Positions 9,828 to 22,520 of a DNA stretch of 48,544 nt are shown here, one piece after another (the stretch's first letter is position 1; every line of letters begins with the position of its first letter). Made by a program: the position numbers and the translations under genes. The DNA lies in NCBI RefSeq assembly GCF_004010195.1, contig NC_057711.1, forward strand, positions 72,392,312 through 72,440,855, given 5' to 3'. Source of the DNA: Chiloscyllium plagiosum (lineage: Eukaryota). A model generated the notes under the pieces. The model was not told the origin of the DNA and searched no databases. It saw only the letters and a list, made by a program, of their open reading frames with translations.

Positions 9828-11638
9828 GGGGTTTCCTTCAGATGGCCATAAGTGGGGACAAGCCTGAAAGAGGAGCAATGCAGTTAAGCTCAGGAAAATA
9901 TAGAGAAATGCACCATGGTTTAATGTTATTGAGAGAATGCTCCAGAAACAAAAGGCAGTAGGAGAGCAGTTTAAGGAATTCATGTTAAGAAATGGCGGTG
10001 TTAGAAGTTTTAATTAATGTCTCATCACGAGACATTAATTAAAAAGGCTAGTATTGAATGGATGTTGATGTTTGCTAGAAAGAATCCAGCCAAGCCAACC
10101 GAAAAAGTAACTTTAAAGGCATTTAAGATGACCTTTCCCAGAGATTTATCATTGGCTATTGTCACAGGTAAAAGAATTGAATCTTTAGATGTTTATTTGT
10201 AAGATTGTTTCAACTAATTTTCAACTAATTCTTGTACAGTTTGTAACACAGTTTGTGTCATTTCCTTTCATGTGGGCAAGTTTTGATGTTCTTTTGCTAA
10301 AGATAGATTGACAGCCTCTTGTAAAAAGAAGTTCAGTGACAAACTACCATGTTAAAGAAATAGTGAAGTTAAACACGTGATCTGTGAAGTCAGGTTTCAT
10401 TCTGGAATCTGACATGTTCACTATTACCATCATCTGAGATCATGACACTGTTATGTACCGGGATCAATGCTGCAGTGTCAGAAAAGGCCCATTTCAGTAC
10501 CTGAAAAAAAAATTCCCTGAAGGGAGCAGCAGTGTGCTGTTATTAGGTTTTGATTTAAATAGAGGTTAATTCTATGGGCCATTACAGAGGGAATGGAGGC
10601 CCTCATTATAATGTTGCCATTCGTACATTAACTTTGTAGCATTGCTACTGCTGTCCCAAGACCCATTGCCACTTCTCCCCAGCTGCCCACAGGATTGGTA
10701 GAAACTAGGGGGAGTTTCCTTCAAAGTTCCCTCTGCATGTACATATGGTGGATGCTGAAGGAATAACATGTGGCTATACTGAGAGAGGGGATTTTCTGCA
10801 GGAGACTTACTGTCCAGTTTTGCCCCATCTCCTAGCAAAGTTCCGTAAGGTAGCAGAGAACATTCCGGCCTGTGGTTTAAATTCAGATTTTTGATCGAAG
10901 ATGTAAATTTAGAAAAGCCCATGCTTGTATATGTTTAGTGTGCCAACAAAGGTATAAACCCAGACAGAAGATTGGAATTCAAAACTCAAATGTAAATAAC
11001 TAAGGCTTGCTGAAGTTAAAATCTCAGTTTTTATGCTACATTGTAGCTTGTCTCTATCCCTGACTTGTCTTTGCAGTTATCAATCACACACACACAACTT
11101 TCCTTCAGTAACTGTGCATGGCAGTCTCAAAAGATTAATTCAGTGTGTGATAATACCATTGACATAATCTTCTGTCTCAGATTATCTGCACAATGACCTC
11201 TGGTTTCCTGGGACCTTGGGTCCAGACCTTTGGCAATATTTATAAAATATCTAATGGTGACAGGGCTTCAAAGATGTATTATTTTATTTCTGTTGTGCAA
11301 CAGAAGACTGACTGTAGGTCACTTTCTCAGCAGCAAATAGAATCAGATTAGTAACAGGCAAAGGAACAGGCCTGAGCTCCAAAGATATCAGAATAATGTT
11401 TGGATCATGTCATATAAGATAGATTCCTTGAAGACAATCTTTTAAAACTGTGAGGATAAGGGAGCTGGAAATCTCTGAAGCCAAACCTTCAGTGTAAAGG
11501 TCTGAATGTGACCTTCACTGATTCCTGTTACTGACCCTGTGAAAGCACTTTGAATTGGGAGAAAAACCCCGGTTTAAATATTCTGCCGTCTGCCAGCAGT
11601 CACCGTGAGCTGCAACTTGGGCAGGCCAACGTTTTCTC

Positions 11639-11733
11639 TACTGAAGAGTCATCTAGACTTGAAATGTTATCTTGCTCTCTCTCCAAAGATGCTGCCTGAC
11701 CCACTGTGATTTCCAGCGCTTGTTGTTTTCAGT
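11639..11733 (+). mobile_element. 95-bp Penelope-like terminal element
   Basis: TSD CAACRTTTTCTC at 11627-11638 and 11734-11745; starts 2 nt before CTGAAGAGTC-ATCTA-GACT-TGAAATGTT (hammerhead-like); GATGCTGCCTGACC...TTCCAGC shared with the other PLE ends. Confidence 0.75.
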
Positions 11734-11982
11734 CAACATTTTCTCATGAATGTTATGACTTACCTTCAGTAGTCATTGACCCAAATCTGTTGTCACAGGA
11801 TTTGACAGGCTGGATGATAATCTGGCCACTGCCCTGATAGAGGCTTTCATTTACAGTAGAACAACCATCAGGATGGCTTGCACATTAAGTATTGCTTACA
11901 AGAAGCATACCCAGCACTTCAGGCACAACAGAAGAAACAGCTTTCTCTCACAATGTGCTCATATCCAGCCATCATGACCAGA

Positions 11983-12230
11983 TTAAAACAAAACAAAACA
12001 ATGCAGAGGCCGGAAATCAGGAATAAAGACAGCAATTGCTGGAAAGTCTCAGCAGGTCTAGTTACATCTGTGGAGAGAAATCATAGTTAACTTTTTGGGT
12101 CCAGTGACCCTCGATGGTAGCTACCATCAATTCTGAGGAAAGGTCACTGGACCTGAAATGTTAACTCTGATTTCTCTCCACAAGTGCTGCTAGACCTGCT
12201 GAGCTTTTCCAGCAATTTCTGTTTTTGTTT
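11983..12230. mobile_element. Fold-back Penelope-like element (248 bp)
   Basis: TSD CATSATGACCAGA at 11970-11982 and 12231-12243; about 80-bp inverted arms; central perfect palindrome GATGGTAGCTACCATC; CTGAGGA-AAGGTC ACTG GACCT-GAAATGTT core at 12133. Confidence 0.85.
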
Positions 12231-12408
12231 CATGATGACCAGAGTCTCAAAAGATACAGAGGAAAGAAAATAAGACAGTGCTTATCGCCATGGAGTTTTC
12301 AACATATTCCAGCTGTTGGAGGCCAATCTTACAGCAGCAATCCCATGGGTTCAATGTCATTAGCAGGGCTTCACTACCATACAGCAGTCTGCCATTCACT
12401 GCCACTCA

Positions 12409-13582
12409 GAGTAGACTGACAGGAGGCTGGAAGAACACAAAAAGCCAGGCAGTACTAGGGGGTGGAGAAGTCAACATTTTGAGTATAATCCTTCTTCAGG
12501 ACTGGATGTGGGGTAGGGAGAGCTACAGATAAAGAGGGATGGGATAGCGAGAGTAGCAGAATGGTGAGATTGTGATAGGTGATAGGCTCCTACAGGTGAT
12601 AGGCTCCTAAAGGTAGTTCATCGACTTGCAACAGCTCCAATCTATCCAACCAGGTTGCACCCAGTACCTGAGCACAGGTACTGGGTACGACCTGGGTGGT
12701 CGATGAGAAGGATTTATCCAGTTGGTGGCTGATAGGAAAGGTCAGTGGGTAGAATGGAAGGCAGGAGGAGGGACTGGAAAGGGAGTCGGAGGAAGGGTGA
12801 GAAGGTTATTTGAAATTGGGGAATTCAGTGTTGAGTCCTCCAGGCTGTAGGATGGGCATGTTGGAGAGGGAGTGGGAGACGAGGGGTCCTCTTCTTCGAG
12901 CATCTCCGGCAGGCCCAAAAAGGCCAGCCTGACATCCCGGTCACTGCCGACTTCAATTCCCCCTCACACTCCCTCTCCGATATGTCCACCCTCGCCCTCC
13001 TCCATTGCCACAGTGAATCAGACTGCAAATTGAAGGAACAACACCTCATCTTCCGCCAGGGCAGCCTACAACCCAGAAGACTCAACATTGAGATCTCCAA
13101 TTTCAAGTAACCTTCCCATCCATCCCACTGGATCCCTTTCCAGACATGCCTCCTCCCTTCCATTCCACCTAGCAATCTTTCCTTCCAGCCACCAACCAGA
13201 TTCATTCCTCCAAATCCATTCCTCCACAGATTGTACCCACTATCTGTGTTCACCCATCACCACTCCACCATTCTGATACTCACTCCACTCCACCCCACCC
13301 CACCTTTCTCTCTTTATCTGGAGCTCCCCCTACCCCAAATCCAGCCCTGAAGAAGGATTATATATACAAAATAATTTGGAGGTGCCTGTGTTGAACTGGG
13401 ATGTACAAAGTTAAAAATCACACAACACCAGGTTATAGTCCAATCTGTGTTGTGTGATTTTTAACTTTATACCTGAAATGTTGACTTCCCTCCCTCCTGA
13501 TGCTGTCTGGTTTGCTGCATTCTTCCAGCCTCCTGTTTGCCTACTTTGGATTCCAGCATCAAGCAATTTTTCTGTCTCTAAC
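12409..13582 (+). mobile_element. Penelope-like element 3' end with inverted 5' copy (GIY-YIG C-terminus plus pseudo-LTRs)
   Basis: Perfect 12-bp TSD CACTGCCACTCA (12397-12408, 13583-13594); plus-strand FEHLRQ...FNSPSHSLSDMS...LKEQHLIFRQGSLQPRRLNIEISNFK* at about 12895-13110; the inverted arm reads LQPGGLNTEFPNFK* on minus. Confidence 0.92.
13368..13467. mobile_element. Small fold-back Penelope-like end (family of 34515-34737) nested in the host pseudo-LTR
   Basis: Perfect 22-bp arms AAAGTTAAAAATCACACAACAC (13407-13428) / 13447-13468; homologous to 34670-34737. Confidence 0.85.
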
Positions 13583-15164
13583 CACTGCCACTCAAGCCTC
13601 AGCATGATATAGACGTTGAATTTGCAGTAGAATAAGTACACTCTTTTACAGACAGCATGGGGGAGCATTTATGGGATTTAATTCATAACAATATTGAAAA
13701 ATAAGGTGCAGTGCTTTTATTTCTTTGAGATGCATTTCTCTGAAATGGCTCCAAAAATCCGTAAGATGCATTTGGCAGTTAGGCGAGATTCATAGTCGCT
13801 GACACCTTCCAGTTTTAACCCTATGGTGTTCATGGGGTCAACAAAAGGGCATCTGAGAGCAATTTCCTCTTCCATCAGGGCTGTGAAGCTGCTGGTAACC
13901 AATCACTTCACCATTATACAGTGCAATCAATTTTCCTTTCCCAATAAAATCTATACGAAGGAAAATTGGCCTCAGTGTACAGCAGGCTGTTAATCCACTA
14001 ACGTTAGTTTTTCATTCAGACATAGAAGTCGAAGTGACTAGCGCTCTAATTTGTGGAGGGTATATGGGCACTAACGGCATTTTTCCCACTGCTCCATCGA
14101 GTCAGAAAGTCTGACATCTGCAAACAATTGAGAGGAAGGATTTCCCCGCCCTGATATTGAAACCCTCACATGGGAGTGCAGGAAATTTCAATGCTATTTT
14201 CAGAAATGGAGATCTAGTGGTTGACTTTTATGTATCGTTTCCTTTTATCCTCAATTGCTATATTTGCCAACAGTTGGAAGTATATTAAATTAAAATCTAG
14301 GGCCATGGCGACTGCCTGGAAATATAGTAATGAGCTCCATAATCCTGTAATAATGGGCATGAATGACTTAAAAATGACAAAGTAATAGTTTCATGAAGAC
14401 TACTACGACCAGCTGACGAGCAGGAAATTGGGCCCAGTCTTTTCAACTTCTCCAGTTAGTCAGAAGGAAGATCTAAAGATCTTTTTGGCATGCAGATACA
14501 ACTTATTCCAATTAAAATGTAGTTAACCAGATCTCTAACAAGCCAATTACAAGGTTTCTTGAAGGAAAGAAATAACTTGATGTGAAAAACAGACCTGGTC
14601 AATTCTGCTTGCAACTTGCTCTGAGTGAATTCTATTTTGCATATGACCAAAGTGTATCTCAGGGTACTATCCATGGGCTCCGGTTGTATATATCCCTTGT
14701 CCAGATGGCATCTAGCATCTGCCAACCCATTACAACAATCATGGTAACTCTCGAATACATTGCTAGGTCATTCATGAGGCACAGACTTGCATAGCAGGAT
14801 GCACCTGTTTTAGCACTGAAAGGCTATAGCCAGGACACCTTGCTTATAAAGGCAGGCGCACAGCTCACGGATTGTTGCATATCAGGGTTATTTGCTTGCT
14901 GGCTTGGCACTAACTCACTTAATGCCTACCTGCATGCACACCTCATCCATACCTTGTTTGTCTTGCCATGCAGTGTCATGTTTGTTAGTGCATCAGTGAT
15001 TCCGCCAGAGCCAACTGACATTCTAACAAGCTCTTTAGGATAGATACCCAAAAAGGCTGCTTGTCTGTTGGGATCTGTCTGGAGGATGAGACCGTCTTGG
15101 TGAAAGCACACCAAAATGTCAATCTAACACATGCAGCTGCCCGTGAGACAAAGAAGGTGAATTC

Positions 15165-17170
15165 ATTCGACTGTTCGGGTGAAAGGAAAGGCTGGTAGGT
15201 ATAGGGAATGCTGGATGACTAAAGAAATTGAGGGTTTGGTTAAGAAAAAGAAGGAAGCACATGTCAGGTATAGACAGTAGAGAGCGAGTGAATCCTCAGA
15301 AGAGTATAAAGGCAGTAGGAGAATATTTAAGAGGGAAATCAGGAGGGCAGAAAGGGAACATGAGATAGCTTTAGCAAATAGAGTTAAGGAGAATCCAAAG
15401 GGTTTTTACAAATACATTAAGGACAAAAGGGTAACTAGGGAGAGAATAGGGCCCCTCAAAGATCAGTAAGGCAGCCTTTGTATGGACCCGCAGGAGATGG
15501 AGGAGATACTAAATGAATATTTTACATCAGTGCTTCCTGTGGAAAGGGACATGGAAGATATGGAATGTAGGGAAATAAATGTTGACATCTTGAAAAATGT
15601 CCAAATTACAGAGGAGGAAGTGCTGGATGTCTTGAAACAGGTAAAGGTGGATCAATCCTCAGGACCTGATTGGATGTACCCTAGAATTCTGTGGGAAGTG
15701 AGGGGGTGATTGCTGGGCCTCTTGCTGAGATATTTGTATCATCGATAGTCACAGGTGAGGCGCCTGAAGACTGGAGGTTGGCTAACATGGTGCCACTGTT
15801 TAAGAAGGGTGGTAAGGACAAGCCAGGGAAGTATAGACCAGTGAGCTTGACATTGGCAAGTTGTTGGAGGGAATCCTGAGGGACAGGATGTACATGTATT
15901 TGGAAAAGCAAGGACTGATTAGGGGTGGGAAATCATGTCTCACAAACTTGATTGAGTTATTTTTTGAATAAGTAACAAAGAGGATTGATGCGGGCAGAAT
16001 TGTGGACGTGATCCATATGGACTTCAGTAAAGCGTTTGACAAAGTTCCCCGTGGGATACTGGTTATCAGGGTTAGATTTTATGGAATACAGGGAGACCTA
16101 AACATTTGGATACAGAACAGGCTCTAAGGTAGAAGACAGAGGATGGTGGTGGAGGGTTGCTTTTCAGACTGGAGGCCTGTGACCAGTGGAGTGCCACAAG
16201 GATCGGTGCTGGGTCCACTACTTTTCATCATTTATATAAATGATTTAGATATGAGCATAAGTGGTGTAGTTTACAGATGACACTAAAATTGGAGGTGGAG
16301 TGGAGAGCGAAGAAGGTTACCTCAGATTACAACAGGATCTTGATCAGATGGGCCAATGGGCTGAGAATTGGCAGATGGAGTTTAATTTAGAAAAATTTGA
16401 GATGCTGCATCTTGGGAAAGCAAATTTTAGCAGGACTTATACACTTAATGGTAAGGCCATAGGGAGTGTTGCTGAACAAAGAGACCTTGGAGTGCAGGTT
16501 CAGAGCTCCTTGAAAGTAGAGTCGCATGTAGATAGGATAAGTGAAGAAGACATTTGGTATGCTTTCCTTTATTGGTTAGAATATTGAGTGCAGGGATTGG
16601 GAAGTCATTTTGCGGCTGTACAGGACATTGGTGAGGTCACTGTTGGAATATTGCGTGCAATTCTGGTCTCCTTCTTATCAGAAAAATGTTGTGAAACTTG
16701 AAAGAGTTCAGAAAAGATTTACAAGGATTTTGCCAGGATTGGAGGATTTGAGCTATAGGGAGATGTTGAACAGGCTGGAGCTGTTTTCTCTGGAGCGTCG
16801 GAGGCTGAGGGGTGACCTTATAGAGGTTTACAAAATCATGAGGGACATGGATAGGGTAAATAGACAAAGTCTCTTCCCTGGTTTGGGGGTTGGGGGGGTG
16901 GGTCCAGAACTAGAGGGCATAGGTTTTGGTTGAGAGGGGAAAGATATAAAAGAGACCTAAAGGGCAACTTTTCCTGCAGAGGGTAGTGGAGGCTGGTACA
17001 ATTGCAACAGTTAAAAGGCATCTGGGTGGGTATATGAATAGGAAGGGTTTGGAGGGATAATGGCCAGATGCTGGCAGGTGGCACTAGATTGGGTTGGGAT
17101 ATCAGGTCGGCATGGACGATTTGGAGCAAAGGGTCTGTTTCTGTGCTGTACATCTCTATGACTCTGTGAC
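15165..17170 (+). mobile_element. 5'-truncated CR1 LINE (about 2 kb, RT region, decayed)
   Basis: [56 protein letters not shown] motifs; CTCTATGACTCTGTGAC tail. Confidence 0.96.
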
Positions 17171-18263
17171 TTTAATTGGGTGGATGCTGTTAGAGGCTAG
17201 TCTAAGCCAGGGGATTCTGCTGTTCCATCAATAATGGACACAGTCCTCACACAGTCCAGGGCCTTCTTAATAGTTAGTTATCTGTTTGGGCCTCACACAG
17301 TCTGGACAGTATTCATGCTGTTGAATGATTGCACAGCAATTATTCACTAATTAACAATCAGGGAGCTGCAAAGACACCAGTCTGAGCTCTGGTCAGTCAT
17401 TTCCAGGGGCTGCTTGTCTAAGTCAGGGCTCTAGGGTGAACTCAGCCCTCTGTGTCCATCCATTAACCTTTCAAGAGGTTTTGAAGGATAAGGGGTGCCT
17501 ATAGGGATTTCTCTGCCAACAAAGGATGGGGGACTCAAGACTGGAGCAGACAGCAGAAGCTTTTGTCGAGTTGGAGATAAGGACAGTAATGGAGGAAACC
17601 TCAAGGTGAGTCGGGGGTATGAGGAACACAATCAGATGGCATGGTAACTTGTGGGAGGAGGGGTTTTCACAGGGGAGAATAAAGTTGCTGTTTGGGCATT
17701 ATTCAGGTGTAATGTGAGGGTCAGGGGGCAGGGAGGACAATTGGAGGTTAAGTTCAGTGTGGTGAGTCTCCACATGGGGAGGATGGGTGGAAATGGGCTG
17801 TCGGGGTTGTGCAAGGTAATAAGGGACATGGGGAAGTTGGGGAGGGAGGGGAAGCTGTGGAAAGCCTTGTGCCCAGTTGGGGCCTGATGTTAAGTGCTAC
17901 TAGATAACAGCTGGAACAACGCCAAGGTTGGGCTGTTTGACAGGCAAATACACGGCATTCACTTCTGCAGAATGCTGGGACATTTGTATCAATAAATGAA
18001 ACTTCCATTTGCATGTCCCAGCTACATTTCATTTGCAATCATTTTGTCATTAAGCATACAGAGTGCAAGTGCTTTGAGGTCAGATGCAGGTCGAAGGTGA
18101 TTTGCAACATGCCATTTGTGCTTGCCAATTGGTCCTGGGCATCTCAGTAATGTGGGAGTTGGCAGCAATGACACTACAAATGTCAAAATGAGCTGAAGGG
18201 GAAATATTATTCAGCCAGGTTCCAAGCATACTGTGTGAACCAAACATCCTGTCCTCACCAATT

Positions 18264-19785
18264 GTTTTTCAGTATTCACTTGTGCGGTGTGGTCATTGCT
18301 GGCTGGCCAGTATTTATTGCCTGTCCCTAGTTGCCTTTGAGAAGGTGGCGGTGAGCTGTCTTCTTGAACTGCTGCAGTCCACCTACTAAAAGTATACCTA
18401 TAATGCCATTAGGGAAGGAATTTCAGGATTTTCATCCGGCAACGGTGAAGGAACATTAATATATTTCCAGGCTCTGTATTGTGACTTGCTTGGAGGGCAA
18501 GTCCCATGTATCTGCTGTACTTGTCATTCTGGATGGAAGTAGCCATGGGTTTAGAAGATGCTGTCTAAGGATCCTTGGTGAATTTCTTCAGTTCATCCTG
18601 TAGATAGTACACACTGCTGCTCCTGACCATCAGCGGCGGAGGGAGTGGATGCTTGTGGATGTGGTGCCAATCAAGTGGGTTGCTTTGAAGTAGATAGTGT
18701 CAGGCTTCTTGAGTTTTCTGGGAGTTGCACCCATCCAGGCAAGTGGAGAGTATTCCATCTCAATCCTGACTTATGCTTTGCAGATGGTGGACAGGCTTTG
18801 GGGAGTCAGGAGGTGAGATATTTTCTACAGTACTCCTAGCCTCTGAACTGCTCTTGTAGCCACTCTGTTTACATGGCGAGACCAGTTGAGTTTCTGGTCA
18901 ATGGTAACCCCTAGGATGTTGATAGTGGGGCATTCATTGCTGGTAACAACATTGAATATCAAGGTGTGGTGGTTTGAATGTTTTTATTAGTGATGGTCAT
19001 TGCCTGACATTTGGCTGGCATGAATGTTACTTTCCACTTGTTTGTCCAAGCCTGGATATTGTCCAGATCTTACTGCAATTGAATTTGGACTGCTTCAGTA
19101 TCTGAGGAGTTGTGAATGGAACTGAACATTGTGCAATCATCTGCGAACATCCCCATTTCTGATCTTATGATGGAGGGAAGGTCATTGATAAAGCAGCTGA
19201 AGGTGGTTGGGCCTAGGACTCTACCCTGAGGAACTCCTGCGAAGCTGTCCTGGAGCTGAGAGGATTGACCTCCAACAACCTGAACTATCTTCCTATGTGC
19301 CAGGAATGACTCTAACCAGTTGAGAAATGCCCCCTCATACCCATTGATTCTAGTGTGGCATCTGGGCTCCATGATGCCACACTCGGCTGAATTTGGTCTT
19401 GATATTAAGAAATGTCACTGTCATTTCACCTCCAGAATTCAACTGTTTTGTCCATGTTTGAACTAAGGCTGAAATGAGGTCAGGAGCTGAGTGGCTCTGG
19501 CAGAACCAAAACTAGGCGTCACTGAGCAGGTTATGGCTGAGCAAGTGCTGCTTGATAGCATTGTTGATGACACCTTCCACCACTTTACTGTTGATCGAGA
19601 ATAGACTGAAGGAGCAGTAATTGCTGGGTTGGATTTGTCCTGTTTTATTGTTTTTAGGATGAACCTGGATAATTTTCCACATTGTTGGGTAGATGCCAGT
19701 GTTGTAACTGTCGTAGAATAGCTTGGCTTGGGGAGCGACAAGTTCTGGAGCAACCGTCTTTAGTACTATTGCCAGATTGTTGTGA
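18264..19785 (-). mobile_element. CR1-group (CR1/L2/Crack-like) LINE of a second family, RT plus 3' end
   Basis: WLESFLAHRK...AGVPQGRVLGPTTFSCFINDLP...MFADDCT; distinct 3' tail GGCAACTAGGGACAGGCAATAAATACTGGCC on minus. Confidence 0.9.
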
Positions 19786-20813
19786 GGATTATGTCAGTGT
19801 TACAATCGTCTGCAATGAAACAGTGAGAAGTTGAACAGTTGATGTAGATCTGGGGTATGAAGGGTATTGGAGCACTGCAGTCACTCTCTTGTCAATGACA
19901 TTGGGTGACAATGACATCCAGTCAGGTATCTTCCCCAAGTTGCTGCACAGGCTGAGCCTGAATGTAGATGTATGGTGAAGACATGTTCCTTGTTATCAGA
20001 GCGCAACATGCCCTGTGTGGTGAAGCTCTCATATCAAAGGTATGACTCTGATGACTGATGTCAGATCTAAGAAACACCTTTGCCGTTGCTGTTCCCATGT
20101 TAGGTCCTCTCCACTGAGAGTCCTGAGCTGTGCTGCTGGTGGCATATTGGTTGCTGTGACTGCTTCCCTAAGAAGCTGAAGATTGATGTTGAGGACCAGA
20201 CACCATGCCAAGCCCAGAAACAACAGCAGGACTGTTGCGGAGGATGAAGGACTCCCAAGCTCAAGGAGATGCTGTAGCTGAAGGGCCCCTCAGGATGGGA
20301 GTGATGCTCAGGATTGCCAGAGTTTTCAGCCCCTGGAGATAAGTGAGGTATAGTGCCAATGCAGGCTCTGTACATCCCAGGACACCTTGACTGAACTGTA
20401 TTGGTTGCTACAACAGGAGCTGAGGGCTTCAGGGGAGGGAGGCCACCATCTCCCAGTGGCTGTAAAGATCATTGGCACACTGACCTGCCATTCGTTCCTT
20501 CCAGGGAGTGAAGGGAGACCTGTGTGGCCTCTCTCAAATTCATCAGGACAGTGATGCATGTCATTTGTGCAAAGTCACACCAGGTCATTTCAATCCCTGG
20601 GACGAGGTCAGTGCTGGTGTCTGGATAGTTGGATGCAGGTTTAGATCTTCAATTCCCCAGGTGCAGGATGCCATTGACTGCGTACTTGGGCCACTGAAAG
20701 GGCAGTAACACAACACTGGGGAATTCATCACCAGGAAGGAATTCCAGTTAATTCATGTTGGTGTGATCTATAATCACCGTCAACACTTCTTGAAGATGTG
20801 TGCCTGCTACACT

Positions 20814-21911
20814 GTCATAGAGTCACAGCGAAGTACAACAAGGAAACAGACCCTTCAGTCCAACTCATCCATGCCGACCCTCCTAGATAAATCTAGTCCC
20901 ATTTGCTAGCACTTGGCCCATATCCCTCTAAACCCTTCATATTCATATACCCATCCGGATGCCTCTTAAATGTTGTAATTGTACCAGCCTCCACCACATC
21001 CTCTGGCAGCTCATTCCATACACGTCCACCCTCTGCATGAAAACGTTACCACTTAGATCCCATTTAAATCTTTCCTCACTCACCCTAAACTTATACTCTC
21101 TAGTTTTGGACTCCCTCACCCCAGGGAAAAGACCTTGTCTTAGTCGCCCCATTCATACCCCTCATGATTTTATTAACCTCTATAAGGTCACCCCTCAGCT
21201 TCCAACATTCCAGGGAAAACAGCCCAGCCTATTCAGCCTCTCCTTATTGCTCAAACCCTCCAACCCTGCTAAGATTATATAAATCTTTTCTGAACGCTTT
21301 CAAGTTTAATATCATCTTTCCTGTAACAAGGGGTCTAGAATTGAATGCAGTATTCCAAAAGTGGGCTTTTGTACTGTCCTGTACAGTCACAACATGACCT
21401 CTCAATTTCTATCCTCAATGCACTGATCAATAAAGGCAAACATACCAATACCTTCTTCACTACCCTATCTAGGACAGAGATGAGGAGAAACGTCTTCACC
21501 CAGAGAGTGGTGGCTGTGTGGAATGCTCTGCCTCAGAGGGCAGTGGAGGCCCAGTCTCTGGATTCATTTAAGAAAGAGTTGGATAGAGCTCTCATGGATA
21601 GTGGAATCAAGGGTTATGGAGATAAGGCAGGAACAGGATACTGATTAAGGATGATCAGCCATGATCATATTGAATGGTGATGCAGGCTCGAAGGGCAGAA
21701 TGGCCTACTCATGCACTTATTGTCTATTGTCTACCTGTGACTCCACTTTCAAGAAACTATGAACCTGTACCCCTAGGACTCTTTGTTTAGCAACTCTCCC
21801 CAGGATCTTACCATTGAGTGTATAAGTCCTGCCGTGATTGTCTTTCCAAAATGCAGCACCTTACATTTATCTAAATTAAACTCCATCTGCCAATTCTCGG
21901 CCAATTGGCCT
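20814..21911 (-). mobile_element. CR1 LINE 3' fragment
   Basis: LFPGVRESKTREYKFRV motif, tail at 20814-20830; homologous to 31540-32490. Confidence 0.93.
21472..21733 (+). mobile_element. CR1 3' end of another subfamily, nested antisense in a CR1
   Basis: RTEMRRNVFTQRVVAVWNALPQRAVEAQSLDSFKKELD; (ATTGTCT)n tail; TCTA at both junctions. Confidence 0.92.
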
Positions 21912-22380
21912 GTTGGTTTTACAATCAACTGCCACAACTCTTACATCTGGAGCACTCTCATGTACCTGGTGGGGGATTTGAACCTCCAAGAACCTTGCAA
22001 GGCTGGTTACTGGGGACCACGCCTACCTGTGGTCACCATGGCTGATGATATCATTGCATAACCACCTGACTGATGCAGAGCAGAGATTCCATGTTGCCCA
22101 ACATTTAATCAGGGCCCTGTGGAGTAGATGATGGGGCTGCTTATGATGTGCTTCTTCTGTTTGGATCGGCCTGAGGGGGCCTTCAGTATAGTCTGGACAA
22201 AGTGTGTGACATAATCATGTTGTGTTGTGCTCTACACCATTGGAGCAAGAATTGAGGTGATGTGCTGGATGCTGAGGAACTGGGAATGGGAGCAGACTTC
22301 CAAAATGAAGGACAGTGGGAAGGAGGAATCTGTCATTTTTTCATGGCAGAACTTAGCCGTTTTCAAGGTGCCAAAAGTCA

Positions 22381-22520
22381 GACTCTATGACTTTATACAT
22401 GAAAAGGAAGGATTTAGAGTGATATGAGCAAAATGCTGGCAAGTGGTCTTATTAGTTTAGGATTGGTATGGACAAATTGGACTAAAGGGTTTGTTTCCTT
22501 GCTGTACATCTCTATGACTG
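22381..22520 (+). mobile_element. CR1 extreme 3' tail
   Basis: AAGGGTTTGTTTCCTTGCTGTACATCTCTATGAC terminus. Confidence 0.85.

Larger units (their letters stand above)
20300..22270 (+). pseudogene. PIF/Harbinger DDE transposase (HARBI1-like) relic, split by CR1 insertions at 20814-21911
   Basis: LPVAVKI...SFQG..GDLCGLSQ, IPQVQDAIDC, EFITRKEF, CHNSYI, QGWLLG(D)HAY..PWLM, FFCLDRPEGA, IIMLCCALHH; collinear with DDE_Tnp_4 motifs; many frameshifts. Confidence 0.85.

Noticed and set aside
9133..10447. Possible solo LTR (AT-rich block ending ...GATCATGACA)
   Set aside because: No second copy, PBS/PPT or convincing TSD in the window; cannot be supported from sequence alone.
11764..11833. Second candidate minus-strand exon ending ACTGAAG|gtaagt
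   Set aside because: Weak acceptor, unrecognised peptide, and phase-incompatible with the 6575-6626 candidate.
13717..13902. 61-aa minus-strand ORF as a possible exon
   Set aside because: No recognisable domain or convincing splice-site pair.
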